Shown: one piece after another, positions 1 through 13,245 of the stretch | Position numbering within the stretch: the first letter of the stretch is position 1 | Layout: the number at the start of each line of letters is the position of its first letter | NCBI GenBank assembly: GCA_030390025.1 | Contig: CM059437.1 | Span: 30,196,001-30,260,000, forward strand | Direction of reading: 5' to 3' | Source: Squalus acanthias | Taxonomy: Eukaryota | Length of the DNA stretch: 64,000 nucleotides | Made by a program: the position numbers and the translations under genes | The notes under the pieces: model-generated | Database searches by the model: none | What the model was told of the DNA's origin: nothing | The model's input: the letters and a program-made list of their open reading frames with translations, nothing else

Positions 1-253
1 GAACCACTACTTCTTCATTGACCTCATCTTTTCAGTCTTGCTGAAGTCCTGCACTGCGAGCCTCCACCCGCACAACAACAAAAAATGATCAAGCAAGACA
101 CAAAGACCAGATCCATGATGAGTTAGCTTCTCTCAGAGCAGAGCAGGAATCTGTGCACTAAAATTGCCCCCGCTCTGTCGCCAGCTCCCCCCTGCACCCC
201 TCGCCCCGCCAGTGAAATATCCTGCTGACACTCACTATCTAGGGTTCACTTAC

Positions 254-625
254 AGAAACATAGGAATTGCTAGATGAAAAATAACTATGGTCCGTCTAGT
301 TCACCTTCTACCATCCTGGTAGTCACATGATACAACGATAATGGAGTTGTTGACTAATCAGAGCAATCAATCTCTATCAATGAGTCTACAACGGACCCAG
401 ACATGAGGTGAGGAAAACCCCCAGTGGTGGAGAGCTTTGGGAATCATAGCTCCAAAGTCGCCTTTTTCCTCCCAAGCAATGCAACACTTACCACATGCCA
501 TGTCTCAAATTACTCATATATTGCAGCGCAATATGTTACTTTCTGAAAGAAATCTCTTGAATTTGCATTTGAATTAATCAATACTATCTGCATCTACTGT
601 CTTCCTAGGGAGCCTGATCCACACG
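254..625 (-). mobile_element. Old CR1-like 3' fragment with long 3'UTR
   Basis: Starts with an agaaacatagga tail; degenerate CR1 C-terminal sequence at about 545-620; interrupts an unclassified SINE. Confidence 0.5.
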
Positions 626-679
626 AAAAATGACTATTGGGCAAGTGAGCTCCCGGCAACAGTCAACACTTTCAGGACA

Positions 680-2125
680 CATAAGAACATAACGTAAGAA
701 ATCGGAGCAGGAGTAGGCCATTCGGCCCCTCGAGCCTGCTCCGCCATTCAATAAGATCATGGCTGATCTTCTACCTCATCCCCACTTTCCTGCACTATCC
801 CCATATCCCTTGATTCCCTTAATATTTAAAAATCTATCGATCTCTGTCTTGAATATACTCAACGACTGAGCCTCCACAGCCCTCTGGGGTAGAGAATTCC
901 AAAGATTCACCACCCTCTGAGTGAAGAAATTTCTCCTCATCTCAGTCCTAAATGGCCAATCCCTTATTCTGAGACTGTGACCCCTGGTTCTAGACTCTCC
1001 AGCCAGGGGAAACATCCTCGCTTCATCTACCCTGTCAAGCCATGTAAGAATTTTGTATGTTTCAATGAGATCACCTCTCATTCTTCTAAACTCTAGAGAA
1101 TATAGACCTAGTCTACTCAATCTCTCCTCATAGGACAATCCCCCCATCCCAGGAACCAGTCTGGTGAACCTTCGCTGCACTCCCTCTATGGCAAGTATAT
1201 CCTTCCTTAGGTAAGGAGACCAAAGCTGTACACAATACTCCAGGTGTGGTCTCACCAGGGCCCTATATAATTGCAGTAAGATGGCTTTACTCTTATACTC
1301 AAATCCTCTTGTAACAAAGGCCAACATACCATTTGCTTTCCTAATTGCTTGCTGTACCTGCATGTTAACTTTCAGTGATTCGTGTACAAGGACACCCAGG
1401 TCCCTCTGAACATCAACATTTCCCAGTCTCTCACCATTTAAAAAGTACTCTGCTTTTCTATTTTTCCTATCAAAGTGGATAACTTCACATTTCTCCACAT
1501 TATATTCAATTTGCCATGTTCTTGCCCACTCACTTAGCCTGTCTATATCCCCTTGAAACCTCCTTGCATCCTCCTCACAACTTACATTCCCACCCATTTT
1601 TGTATCATCAGCAAATTTGGATGTATTACATTTGGTCCCCTCATCCAAATCATTGATATAGATTGTGAATAGCTGAGGCCCAAGCACTGATCTTTGCGGT
1701 ACCCCACTAGTTACAGACTGCCAACCCAAAAATGACCCGTTTATTCCTACTCTCTGTTTTCTGTCCATTCACCAATCCTCAATCCATGCTAGTATATTAC
1801 CCCCAATCCCAAGAGCCCTAATTTTGTTTAATAACCTCTTGTGTGGCACCTTATCAAATGCCTTCTGAAAATCCAAATATACCACATCCACTGGTTCCCC
1901 CTTATCTATTCTGCCAGTTAAAACCACAAAAAACTCTAAACAGATTTGTCAAACACGATTTCCCTTTCATAAATCCGTGTTGACTCTGCCCAATCCTATT
2001 ATTATTTTCTAAGTGCCCTGTTACCACGTCCTTAACAATAGATTCTAACATTTTCCCTACAACTGATGTCAGGCTAACTGGTCTGTAGTTCCCCGTTTTC
2101 TCTCTCCCTCCTTTCTTAAAAGTGG
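680..2125 (-). mobile_element. 5'-truncated CR1 (HER1-like) LINE with RT C-terminal ORF 776-1768
   Basis: SGVPQ.SVLGP, KFADD, YRALVRPHLEYC and RNFFTQRVVNLWNSLP motifs; cataagaa tail repeats. Confidence 0.95.
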
Positions 2126-3339
2126 AGGGGGAGTAAAATTATGAGAAAAAAAAACACAACTGAGAAACATTCAGAGGAGTTAAAATCAGAGAACTGTGAA
2201 AATGGCTCCCCTGTTTTTGGAGATTAGACCTTGACTGCAAAGAAATACAGATAAATAAACACACTACAGCTTCAGAGTTACATATACTTGAAGAGAAACA
2301 GAGGCCATTTTGAATGATAAGGGTCATGTTTTTCAACTCCTCAGGAGTTCTGCACGTGATTTCATTCCTTGTTATAGTCAATTGTATTTTGTTTCTACCA
2401 TATGTTTGGATGGCTAGAAGAATGGAAATGAAATTAATGTGATTAGCTTCGCATCCATTTTGTGTTACTTAAGAGCTAACGGCCGATGCAGACACTCTCT
2501 TGTCCCAGGGTCTCCTTTGCGCCAAAGTCCTGCTGCAAATTTTGCAGCTCTCTGAGTGATGTGGAGTGGAGACCGAGACTGAGATTGAGGAATGTGCAGA
2601 AATACTATAAAACGATTAAAATTGAGAAGCACGTTTTCGACCTGCTATCTTTTCAATCAGTGAGAGGGGAAAACACTCAGCACAGCTTTAAATGGTTCAT
2701 GTTTTTAGTTTTGCTTTCAGTTTTACTCTCTAACTAAAATCTCGAGCGTTTGTGTTCACACATTTGCTGGCACAACGGCCCATGTGAATTCTGAACCAGT
2801 TTTGTTACAATCATTTAGAAGAAGGTTGAATGCTATTTATATCCCAGGCAACATTTTTTTTTAAAACTATTTCAGCAGAAAATTCTCAATTTCATTTTAG
2901 TTCTATTTTTACGTAACTTTGAAATCCACTCCCCCCCACCCCCCACAATCAATAAAATGATAAAATTAAAGGGAATTAATGTACTGATTTTTAAATATCT
3001 TTCTTACTTGATATAAAATACTAAACTGGAGCCGGTACATTCAGCCAGTTCTATTCACTAAATAAGAATTAACCCATTTGCCAGAAAGTATTGATTTCTA
3101 AAGGAGAATTTGCCTCCTTGGTAATCTGAACATGCAGCCGAAGATTTAGCAAAAAAAAAAGCAAAAATGGCTTCACTTTTATCTTGCTGCAATTCAGTAA
3201 AATGTGGAAATAGAAATCATCACAAACACACTTTACAAAGAAGGCATGTAACGCAGACTGCGAACTTGGCAAAGGTTTTTAAAAAGGAATCATTTAAAAC
3301 GAGCTAACAGCTACAATGATCCTGCTATGTGAACACAAT

Positions 3340-3978
3340 GGGGGTAATTTTGACTGTGTGCGATAGTGTCAAATGGGTGGCAGCGAGTCAGCAGCCAGTT
3401 TTACCTCTCTCCCCATTTTTATTTGTAGTGAAGTCAACGCAGCAGAAATAAAAGCGGGCTGCAGTCTCGCAATCACCCATTTTACACTATCGCACAAAGT
3501 CAAAAAAATGTTTTATTTGTTCACAGGATGTGGGCAGCGGGCAGTGTTGGCAAGGCCAACATTTATTGCCCAACCCTAAATGTCCTTGAGAAGGTGGAGG
3601 TGAGCCACCTTCTTGAACCACTGCAGTCCACGATACTTCTTGGCTTGTTCGGCCATTTCAGAGGTCAGTTAAGAGTCAAGCTGTGTGTCTGGAGTCACAT
3701 ATAGGCAAGACCAGGTAAGGATGGCAGATTTCCTTCCTTCCCTAAAGGACATTAGTGAATCAGATGGGTTTTTACAACAATCCAATAGTTTCATGGTTAC
3801 CATTACTGACACTAGCTTTTTTATTCCAGATTTATTTAATTAACTGAATTTAAATTCCCCAGCTGCCATGGTGGGATTTGAACTCTTGTATTCTGGATCA
3901 TTAGTCCAGGCCTCTGGATTACCAGCCCAGTAACATAACCACTATGCTACCGTACCCCTACAAAGTCAAAGTTGCCCC
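3340..3978. mobile_element. Palindromic MITE interrupted by a SINE
   Basis: Arms ttttgactgtgtgcgatagtgt.aaatgggtg / cacccattttacactatcgcacaaagtcaaa. The right end resumes at 3960-3978 after an 11-bp duplication ACAAAGTCAAA. Confidence 0.7.
3505..3959 (-). mobile_element. tRNA-headed SINE with the 3' tail of LINE family B
   Basis: Head ggtacggtagcatagtggttatgttactgg...gagttcaaatccc; tail ...gggcaataaatgttggccttgcca...; TSD ACAAAGTCAAA at 3494-3504 and 3960-3970. Confidence 0.8.
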
Positions 3979-4129
3979 ATTAGGTGTAAATGTCAGGGTT
4001 TATTTTTCTTCTTACTTCGTTGAACATATGATAAACACATCTCTTTTGAATTAAGTCGTTTCAATCAAATTTAATACCTAAATCAAACTGGTCTTTAATT
4101 GAATTAAAATTAAAGGGACTTAGACCAAA

Positions 4130-4395
4130 GTTATCATGATGAAGGGGAAGTTAGAAGAAATGTTTTTACACGGGGACATCAGAACATGGAAAGCTTTGCC
4201 ACAGGTAATCAATGAGGCAGAGACTATAACATAATTTAAAAGAGAATTGGATTACCATTTGAAAAGAAAGAATATAAAAGGACATGGGGAGAGGGCATGG
4301 AGATGAGTTAAAGTCAATAACACCAGTAAAATAGCTAGTACTGACACAAGTGTGATGGGCTGAATGGTTTCCTTCTGTGCAGCGATTTCTATGGT
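4130..4395 (+). mobile_element. Degenerate CR1 3' fragment
   Basis: Remnants of the RNxF/WN.LP region and the gatgggctgaatgg...ttctgtgc 3' motif. Confidence 0.7.
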
Positions 4396-4734
4396 TCGAT
4401 TAAGTGTAAGTTAGGTGCTTATTGCTTACAATACAGGCTTGCTGCGTATGTCTCTTCTCAAACATGCTGCTAAGTGTGTGAATGTGTCAGAAACAGAGAA
4501 CTCAAAGGCATCAGCCTGGGTCCCAGTGACTCAAAAATAATGCAAAATATGTTGCTGCAGTCAAAATAAAGACCCTTCCTTCAGTGAGACTGCGAAGGGC
4601 GTTCTCATTTTAGTGACACAGTTGCTCAGCCCAGTGCCATATTCTGTTATTATTTTTAACAATCTGAATTTCACTGATACATTCACGCTGAAAATATAAT
4701 GGGCAACTAACTGAAGGCAACTTTCATTTAACTA

Positions 4735-5350
4735 CTACAACAATAACTTGCATTTATATAGCGCCTTTAATGTAGTAAAACGTTCCAAGGCGCTTCACAG
4801 GAGCGTTATCAAACAAACTTTGACACAAGCCACATAATGAGATATTAGGACAGATGATCAATAGCTTGGTCAAAGAGATAGGTTTTAAGGCAGTGTCTTA
4901 AAGGAGAGAGAGGTGGAGAGGCAGAGAGGTTTAGGGAGGGAATTCCAGAGCTTAGGGCCGAGGCAGCTGAAGGCACGGCCGCCAGTGGTGGAGCGATTAA
5001 AATCGGGGATGCGCAAGAGGCCAGAATTGGAGGAGCGCAGATATCGTGGAGGGTTGGAGGAGGTTACAGAGATAAGGAGGGGGGGGGAGGCCATGGAGGG
5101 ATTTGAAAAGTAGGAGGAGGATTTTAAAATTGAGGCATTGCCAGACCGAGAGCCAATGTAGGTCAGAGAGCACAGGGGTGATGGGTGAATGGGACTTGGT
5201 GTGAGTTAGGATACGGGCAGCTTTTGGATGAACTGAAGTTTATGGAGGGTGGAAGATGGGAGGCCAGCCAGGAGAGAATTGGAACAGTCAAGTCTGGAGG
5301 TAACAAAGGTACGGATGAGCGTTTCAGCAGCAGATGAGCTGAGGCAGGGG
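4735..5350 (-). mobile_element. L2 LINE 3' fragment
   Basis: Encodes PRYLRSSNSGLL..GGRAFSCLGPKLWNSLP; aaggcgctatataaatgcaagttgttg-type tail. Confidence 0.88.
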
Positions 5351-5444
5351 AGTGCGTCGTGGAGCATGTTTCAAATGACTTTGTGCGATAAATACAACTT
5401 TGCATTGTCAGTATGTCGCAATATTTCTTCCCCCACCCCAGATG

Positions 5445-5803
5445 AAGACCCCCTAGAGTTGTTTCAAAATGGTGAAGGATTTCGATAAAGTGGGAGAAAC
5501 TGTTTCCACTGGCAGGAGGGTCAGCAACCAGCGGACACAGATTTAAGAGAACTGGCAAAAGAATCCGAGAGGCGATGAGGAGAAATTCTTTTACGCAGCG
5601 AGTTGTTGTGATCTGGAATGCACTGCCTGGAAGGGCGACGGAAGGAGATTCAACAGTAATTTTCAAAAGGGTATTGGATAAATACTGGAAAAGGAAAAGT
5701 TTGCTGGGCTATGGGGAAAAGACGGGGGGGAATGGGATTGATTGGATAGCTCTTGGAGAGCACGATGGGCCGAATGGCCTCCTTCTGTGCCCTTTGATTC
5801 TAT
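5445..5803 (+). mobile_element. CR1 3' fragment
   Basis: RRNSFTQRVVVIWNALP and CR1 3' motif. Confidence 0.85.
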
Positions 5804-6771
5804 AAAGGATCAGTATTTCTCTGATGGATCTTCAAATATATGGAGTAAATCCATGAACACTTGCCATAGAGCCCTAAGCACTGACATTTCACACAGGTTT
5901 AAAAGCAGAGGATTGCTCAAACCATGCCTCTGAGAATATCACCGTTGTATTTTGCTGATATCAAATATCGCTCTGAGGAACAGTGCAAAGAGCAACAATC
6001 CCAGCAGCACGCAATCCATCATTATTTCACCAGTTCTTGGGTTCTGCAGATAGTCCAATATTTCAGTATGGAAATTTTAGGTGCAATTGCAATGTAGATT
6101 TTTTTTTAAAAATCAATGAAAAATTACTATAAAATTAAAAAGAAAACATGTTAGAATTAAAAGATGGACTTCCTGACCCTATGTTGCTATTTTGACACTA
6201 ATTTCAGGTGATTTTGTGTGATTTTCTTCAAAAGGAAATTCAATTAAAAAAAATACTTTTTCTTAAAACAAGCTCATTTTCCTATTTCCATTTTCTCGTC
6301 TCTTTTCGTGTGATGATTTTGTTTCCATTTCTGTGTCTCTCTGCTGGCCCCCAGTGCTACCAGACATGTGCCAGGAGTAGCATTTCGTGGCTGCTGGGGT
6401 TAAAGCAGCAAATTTGTCAGGTTCCTGGCGTTAATTTAAACACTGTAAAAAAACAAATCAGTACTGGAAGGAACAGTAGGTGCTGAGCTTCTGAATATGT
6501 TTCAAAGAAGCCAACATGTTTAGAAGAAATCGAGAGTGAGTCATTCCCTCATGGCTTTCTCTCCACGCTCGCTGTACTTGTCATTCTCACTGTTATTAAT
6601 CATGTTCTAGACTGTGGGTTTCTGTTTTGGGTCAGACTCGACACTTCAACCTTCAGATGTAGAAAACAAAATACTTTTGCCCAGATTAAAAGAAAATCCC
6701 CACAAAATTTAAACCGCATTTGCTATCAACCCTCTTGGGAGAGCTGGAAAACAAAATGCCACTCCTCTCCC

Positions 6772-7242
6772 CCAGTCCAACAACACTCAAGAAGCTCGAC
6801 ACCATCCAGGACAAAGCAGCCCACTTGATCGGCACCCCATCCACCCCCTTAAACATTCACTCCCTCCACCACCGGCGCACCGTGGCTGCAGTGTGTACCA
6901 TCTACAAGATGCACTGCAGAAACTCGCCAAGGTTTCTTCGGCAGCACCTCCCAAACCCGCGACCTCTACCACCGAGAAGGACAAGGGCAGCAGGTGCATG
7001 GTAACATCGCCACCTCCAAGTTCCCCTTCAAGTCACACACCATCCTGACATGGAAATAAATCACCGTTCCTTCATCGTCACTGGGTCAAAATCCTGGAAA
7101 TCCCTACCTAACAGCACTGTGGGGGCATCCTCACCATACGGACTGCAGCGGTTCAAGAAGGCGGCTCACCACCACGTTCTCGAGGGCAATAAATGCTGGC
7201 CTTGCCAGCGATGCCCATATCCCGTGAATGAATTTTAAAAAA
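6772..7242 (+). mobile_element. 3' fragment of a second CR1/L2-group LINE (family B)
   Basis: KKLDTIQDKAA.LIG...HSLHHRRTVAAVCTIYKMH...SWKSLPNSTVG...RFKKAAHHH. Further copies at about 46100-46420 (+), 49325-49625 (-) and 56100-56268 (-). Confidence 0.8.
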
Positions 7243-7584
7243 TCCTCTCCGTCCTCTGTTACAGGCACTAACTCACGTTGGGCGGCAGCACCCTCACATA
7301 CCCCGTGGTTATCTGTGAACTAGATAGTGTGTAGCGGCCAGCTATTTGACTGCGGAGGCCATCGTAGCTGAACATCCCACCACATTCCTGCTCTCACCCA
7401 ATGCCCACATATGCTCACTTTCTTGCAAGAGTTATTGGATATAAATCAAGGGCAATTCCAAAACCTACTCTTGATCTGTACGACTCTGTACCAACAGTAG
7501 GCAGTGCAGGTGAGGATGGAAAAATATAAATTAAAAAAATAATTTGCATTGAATATTCAGTTGTTTCTAACAATCCAGTCTTAT

Positions 7585-8047
7585 GTCAGCCATGGTTCAG
7601 TGGTAGGTATCTCGACGCTGAGTCAGAATGGTTGTGGCTTCAAGCCCCACACCATGGACAATAACCAAAAATCCAAGCTGACACTCCAGTGCAGTACTGA
7701 GGGAGTGCTGCATTGTCAGAGGTGCCGTCTTTCGGATGAGACGTTAAACCGAGGCCCCATCTGCCCTCTCAGGTAGACGTGAAAGATCCCACAGCACTAT
7801 TTCAAAGAAGAGCTGGGGAGTTCTGGTTCTGACCAATGCCCTGGTCAATATATATCCCTCAACCAACATCATCAAACCAGATTATCTGGTCATTTATTTC
7901 ATTGCCGTTTCTGGGACCTTGCTGTACGCAAATTAGCTGCCACGTCTCCTACAATGCAACAGTGACCACACTTCAAAAGTACTTAATTGGCTGTAAAGCG
8001 CTTTGGGATGTCACTATACAAATGCAAGTCTTTCTTTTTTCTTTCTA
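7585..8047 (+). mobile_element. DeuSINE (SacSINE1-like, tRNA head, L2 tail)
   Basis: Deu-domain core ggtgccgtctttcggatgagacgttaaaccgaggcccc...gatccca.gcactatttc; tRNA A/B boxes; tail ...aaatgcaagtctttctt. Confidence 0.88.
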
Positions 8048-8394
8048 TAAGATGTTTAACAATAAGGAGTACCGGTAAATCTCAGAACATTACTTTCGTT
8101 GAATGTCACAAATGGATCTTTCTTGTAAGGCTTCGGTCTAACTGAGGGACAGGGGTAGTGCAAAGGGACAGCAGACATCATAAACTACAAGTAAAGTTCG
8201 CCAACCACAGGTGAGTTACAACCAAGTTTCCCCAGAGCTGGAAGGTTCTGGCAGCATTTAACAGATGGCAGGTATTAGATGGACTTAAAAAGTGAGACTT
8301 TGCTAAATTTCAAGGTAGGATCTCATGCGTGCAGAACAAGTTACGTTACAGCCTTCTAACTCTTCCAGCACCTCCCTCACATGCCTGGACTAGA

Positions 8395-8910
8395 CACAAC
8401 AACAACTTGCATTTACATAACGCCTTTAACGTAGTAAAACATCCCAAGGCACTTCACAGGAGCGATTATCAGACAAAATTTAACACCGAGCCACATAAAG
8501 AGATATTAGGACAGGTGACCAAAAGCTTGCTCAGAGATAGGTTTTAAGGAGTGTATTAAAGGAGGAGAGAGAGGTAGAGAGGTGGAGAGGTTTAGGGAGG
8601 GAATTCCAGAGCTTAGGGCCTTGGCAGCTGAAGGCACAGCCACCAATGGTGGAGCGATTAAAATCGCGATGCGCAAGCGGCCAGAAGTGGAGGAGCGCAG
8701 AGATCTCGGAGGGTATAGGCTGGAGGAGGTTACAGAGATAGGGAGGGGTGAGGCCATGGAGGGATTTGAACACAAGGATGGGAATCTTTTAATCGAGGTA
8801 TTGCCGGACCGAGAGCCAATGTAGGTCAGCAAGCACAGGGGTGATGGGTGAGCATGTCTTGGTGCGAGTTTGGATATGGGCAGCAGAGTTTTGGATGAGC
8901 TCAAGTTTAC
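8395..8910 (-). mobile_element. L2 LINE 3' fragment
   Basis: FKSLHGLTPPYL...AFSCQGPKLWNSLP. Confidence 0.88.
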
Positions 8911-9190
8911 ACAAGGTAAAGATTGTTGTTGGATACGTGATCCTTCTCTTGCCTCTAGCCTTCTAGCCCTCATTCTCTTGCAAGCTTTCTTCTCTCTTTC
9001 AATAGTGCTGTGTAGCAATAGAACTACAATCAGTGCTCCTTTGAAATTTTCTTAATGTGCCAGGGGATATTATCGGTACAGGCAAAGATGTGCTATTTCC
9101 TAGACACTGGGAAAGGTCACAAGGGCTTTGCTAGCCCTGTAAAATCTTCCTCCTCTGAACAACCTCACTGTGTTTAAATCAAGAGTCATT

Positions 9191-9624
9191 GAACGAAAGA
9201 ACTTGCATTTACAAAGCACCTTTCACATCCGCAGGACGTCCCAAAGCGCTTTACAGGTAATGAGGTACGTTGGAAGTGTGGTCACTGTTGTAATTTGGAA
9301 ACGTGGCAGCCAATTTGTGCACAGCAAGATTGTTATCAATGAGATAATGACCAAAAAAATCTTTGAAGGATAAATATTGGCCAAGATATCGTGGAGAACT
9401 CCTTAGCGCTTCTTCGGAATAGTGCCACGGGATCTTTTAGGTCCACCTGAGAGAGCAGACGGGGCCTCGGTTTAACAGTCTCATCTGAAAGACGGCACCT
9501 CCAACAGTGCAGCACTCCCTCAGTACTACACTGGCGTGTCAGCCTGGATTATGCACTCAAGTCTCTGGAGTGCAACCTGAACCCAAAGCCTTCTGACTCA
9601 GAGGCAAGAGTGCTACCACTGAGC
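9191..9624 (-). mobile_element. DeuSINE
   Basis: Reverse complement of the 7585-8047 element. Confidence 0.88.
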
Positions 9625-10465
9625 ATTGCATTTTCTAACTCATTTTGGCGCAAGACCTCAAAAGCATGGGAGTCCTTATTGCCCTAACTCTTCCCTTCCT
9701 CCTACACTCTACAGGCTCTTGAAACTCAAGCCTGGCATCAGCTAATCACTACTTCTTGATTTACTCCATCTTCCTTCCTGCTCTTTTCAACCTTGGTGGT
9801 GTCTTGCACTGTGGGCCTTTGCTCCTCATTTAGGTTTTTCCATAATAACAAAATAAAACTCCGTAGTATATCTGCTTCTTAGTTTACAGATGACACACTG
9901 CCTGTGGGGTTTCACTGCTAAATATTTCACAGTTGGTGACTTTTTTTGGGAAGATTCCCAGATCTCAGTGGGTTGCTGAATCTTGTCCTTAGAAAGATAT
10001 GATGTGCCTTTGTCGTGCAGTAACTGTAGATTTACTAGATAATAACTGGCAGTTGATTACAGGGAAATTCCACACATAGTGCTTCATTCTAACCGTTTTT
10101 GGCATAAAGTTACAGTCCAGGAGGGTGATCATTGATAACTGCAATTGTGGATTTTGATGACAATACAATCGCAGACAAATTTCTGAGATCTCACACATTG
10201 GTTGCTGTCCAGTTTGTTTATGGCACACCTGTTCATGTCTATTGAGTTGTGCCTCTTTCTTGCGTTTTTCAGCAATGCAGAGATTTGAGATTTGCAAGCC
10301 AAAAAAAAAAGAAAAAAGCAACTCGCCAGGCCTCGTTTAATGCCGCAATGTCCTACGTTGGCATTTAATTTTGTTTTCCAGTGGGTGGGAGAAGGGGGGA
10401 AAATGATGAGGAAGAAACCCAGATTCAGTGGAAATTCGAAAGTATTTGAGTTTGTCCTCTAACTC

Positions 10466-10911
10466 TCAGCCTTGGCTTAGTGGTAGCCTCGAAGTCAGAA
10501 GGTTGTGGGTTCAAGCACCACTCCAAGACATAAGCACATAATCTAGGCTGACACTTCAATGCAGTATTGAGGGAGGTGCCGTCTTTCGGATGCGACATTA
10601 ATGCGAGGCCCAGGCTACCTGCACAGGTGGACGGAAAAGATCCTATGGCACTATTTCGAAGAAGAGCAGCGGAGTTCTCCCCGGTGTCCTGGCCAATATT
10701 TATCCCTCAATCAACATCACTAAAAACAGATTATCTGGTCATTACCACATTGCTGTTTGTGGGAGCTTGCTGTGCGCAAGTTGGCTCCTGCATTTCCCTC
10801 CATTACAACAGTGAGCACACTTCAAAAAAAAAAGTACTTCATTGGCTGTAAAGCACTTTGGGACATCCTGAGATCAGGAAAGACACGATATAAATGCAAG
10901 CTCTTTCTTTC
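10466..10911 (+). mobile_element. DeuSINE, abutted by an inverted L2 fragment (10912-11180) and a DeuSINE tail (about 11185-11308)
   Basis: Deu core and tail; the L2 piece encodes GRAFSCLGPKLWNSLP on the minus strand. Confidence 0.85.
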
Positions 10912-12211
10912 TTAGAACATCCCAAAGCGTTTCACAGGAATGTAATCGGACAAAAAAAGTGACACCAAGCCAAAGGACAGGTGGCCAAAAGCTTGGTCAA
11001 AGAAGTAGGTTTTAAGGAGTGTCTTAAAAGAGAGAGAGGTGGAGAGGCGGAGAGGTTTAGGGAGGGAATTCCAGAGCTTAGGGCCCAGGCAGCTGAAGGC
11101 ACGGCCGACAATAATGGAGTGAAGGAAGTGGGAGATGCGCAAGAGGCCAGAGTTGGAAGAGTTTTCGGAAGGTTGTAGAATTATGTGGCTGCAGTAATAG
11201 TTTCCTACATTGCAACAGTGACTACACTAAAGCACTTATTTGGCTGTAAAGCGCTTTGGGATGTCCCGAGGTCGTGAAAGGTGTTGTATAAAAGCAAGTC
11301 TTTCTCTTAGTGTAAATGCAGTCTGAATCCGGAATCAGAGCCTGACCTGAATTCAGAGGGAAGTGGAGTGAGAATTACTGAAGGGGGGATTCTCACTCAG
11401 TTCAAAGTCAGACAAGTCCCTAATTCCAATTTGCATTACACAACTTTAGTGTCAGTCCAAAATGGAAACAGCTTCACCCCAACGCTAAACGTGTATCTCA
11501 GCCAACACAGCGGATTCTGCGACCCTCACTCTTATGATAGTTGCAGAATTTCATCAACGATATTTGAAAGGAAATGCACTTGGCAGGACTCTGCTTCTCT
11601 CTCTATTTTTGAAGGGCTTGTCTTGTGAAACAGAAATTGTTCCAGGAAATTGACAATTTCTGAAGCACTTTTTTTTTCAACTGCAGTGTTTGAATTCAAT
11701 ATGGTTTCTTCAACAAACAGGTTCCACTTCCAGACATATCAAATCAGCTCCACTTTAATTAAATTCACAAGTAAGAACACTAAATCTAACATCACAAATG
11801 GTGTCAGAAAAATCCCACTCCTTCAAATAAAAAACTGAATTATTGTGGCGGTTTCAGAGATAAAAGTGACAACAGTTCGAACGGTCTCAAAACCAGTTCA
11901 TTTATAATCTGAATAACTGATCTAAACTGCAACCTGTTCATCAAATTGAAAGTGCTTTGAAAATTAATTTTAGGAGATGGTTTTTATCTGGAGCATAGTG
12001 AAGGAGCATCTGAATACTAAACAGTGTTATAAACAAAACAGACCAGAACAGAACTTACGAAAGTAAGAATACCCAGAGTGTTAGCCTGTCTCTACCTGCA
12101 CTGCTCCTCTCTCTGCACAGTCAGTCTCACTGCTTTGAATAGATTGTTTTCCTCTCAGATTGCAGTTTATCGTGCTTACAGTACATAGAAACATCCCGTG
12201 TGCTATCTCTC

Positions 12212-12668
12212 TCAGTTGAGTGTTAATCTGGCTGAGCGATAGCACTATCACTTCTGAGACAGCAGGCTGTAGATTCTTCACCCTGCTCTGCAACTCAAAA
12301 CACAAAATCTAGGCTGACACTTCAGTGCAGCACTGAAGGAGTATTGCATTGTCGGAGGTGCCGTCTTTTGGATGAAATATTGAACCAAGTCTGCCTCTTC
12401 AAGTGGATATAAAAGGCCGGACTGTACTATTCAAAGAGCAGGGGAGTTCTCCCAATGCCCTGGCCAACATTTATCCCTCAAGCAACACCAACAAAACAGA
12501 CTAATTGGTCATTCAATGAATTTGCTTGCTGTGGGACCTTGCTGTGCACAAACTGGCTGCCATTTTTGCCAACATAACAACAGTAAGTACATTTCAAAAA
12601 TTATTCATTGACTGTAAAACATTTTGGGATGTCCACATGATGTGAAAGATGCTATATAAATGAAAGTT
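12212..12668 (+). mobile_element. Diverged DeuSINE
   Basis: Deu core ggtgccgtcttttggatgaaatattgaacc. Confidence 0.82.
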
Positions 12669-12809
12669 CATTGCTGTAACAACTCATTCTTTAAACCCTA
12701 CTACCACAACTCTGCAATTCTCTATTTTTGAATCAAATTATTTGCAGTTAAAGTGGGAGGAGGATTGAGGGTTTAAAGTCATATTCAGATACAGCTGATG
12801 GGATGCTGC

Positions 12810-13245
12810 ATAGAACTGCATAGAATTGACAGCACAGAAACAGGCCATTCAGCCCAAGTGGCCCGTGCCAGTGTTTATGCTCCACATGAGTCTCCTCCCA
12901 CCCTACTTCAACTCACCCTATCAGTATATCCTTCTATTCCTTTCTCCCTCATGCACTTATCTAGCTTCCCCTTAAATGCATCTTTGCTGAGGTGGAGAGG
13001 CAGAGAAGTTTAGGGAGGGGGTTCCAGAGCTCAGGGCCTAGGCAGCTGAAGGCCGCCAATGGTAGGGCGAATAAAGTGGGGGATGCGCAAGAGGTCAGAA
13101 TTGGAGGAACACACAGTTCTCAGAAAGATAGGGAGGGGCGAAGCCATGGAGAGATTTGAACACGAGAACAAGAATTTTAAATTCGAGGCATATCTGGACC
13201 GGGAGCCAATGTAGGTCAGCGAGCTCAGGGGTGATGGATGAACGA
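12810..13245 (-). mobile_element. CR1 3' end followed by an L2 fragment
   Basis: CR1 3'UTR at about 12810-12985, L2 at about 12985-13245. Confidence 0.75.

Noticed and set aside
2470..2605. Minus-strand peptide LNLSLGLHSTSLRELQNLQQ resembling the TBK1-binding domain
   Set aside because: It lacks the AY.EL core, is in the wrong phase for the upstream phase-2 donor and ends in a stop.
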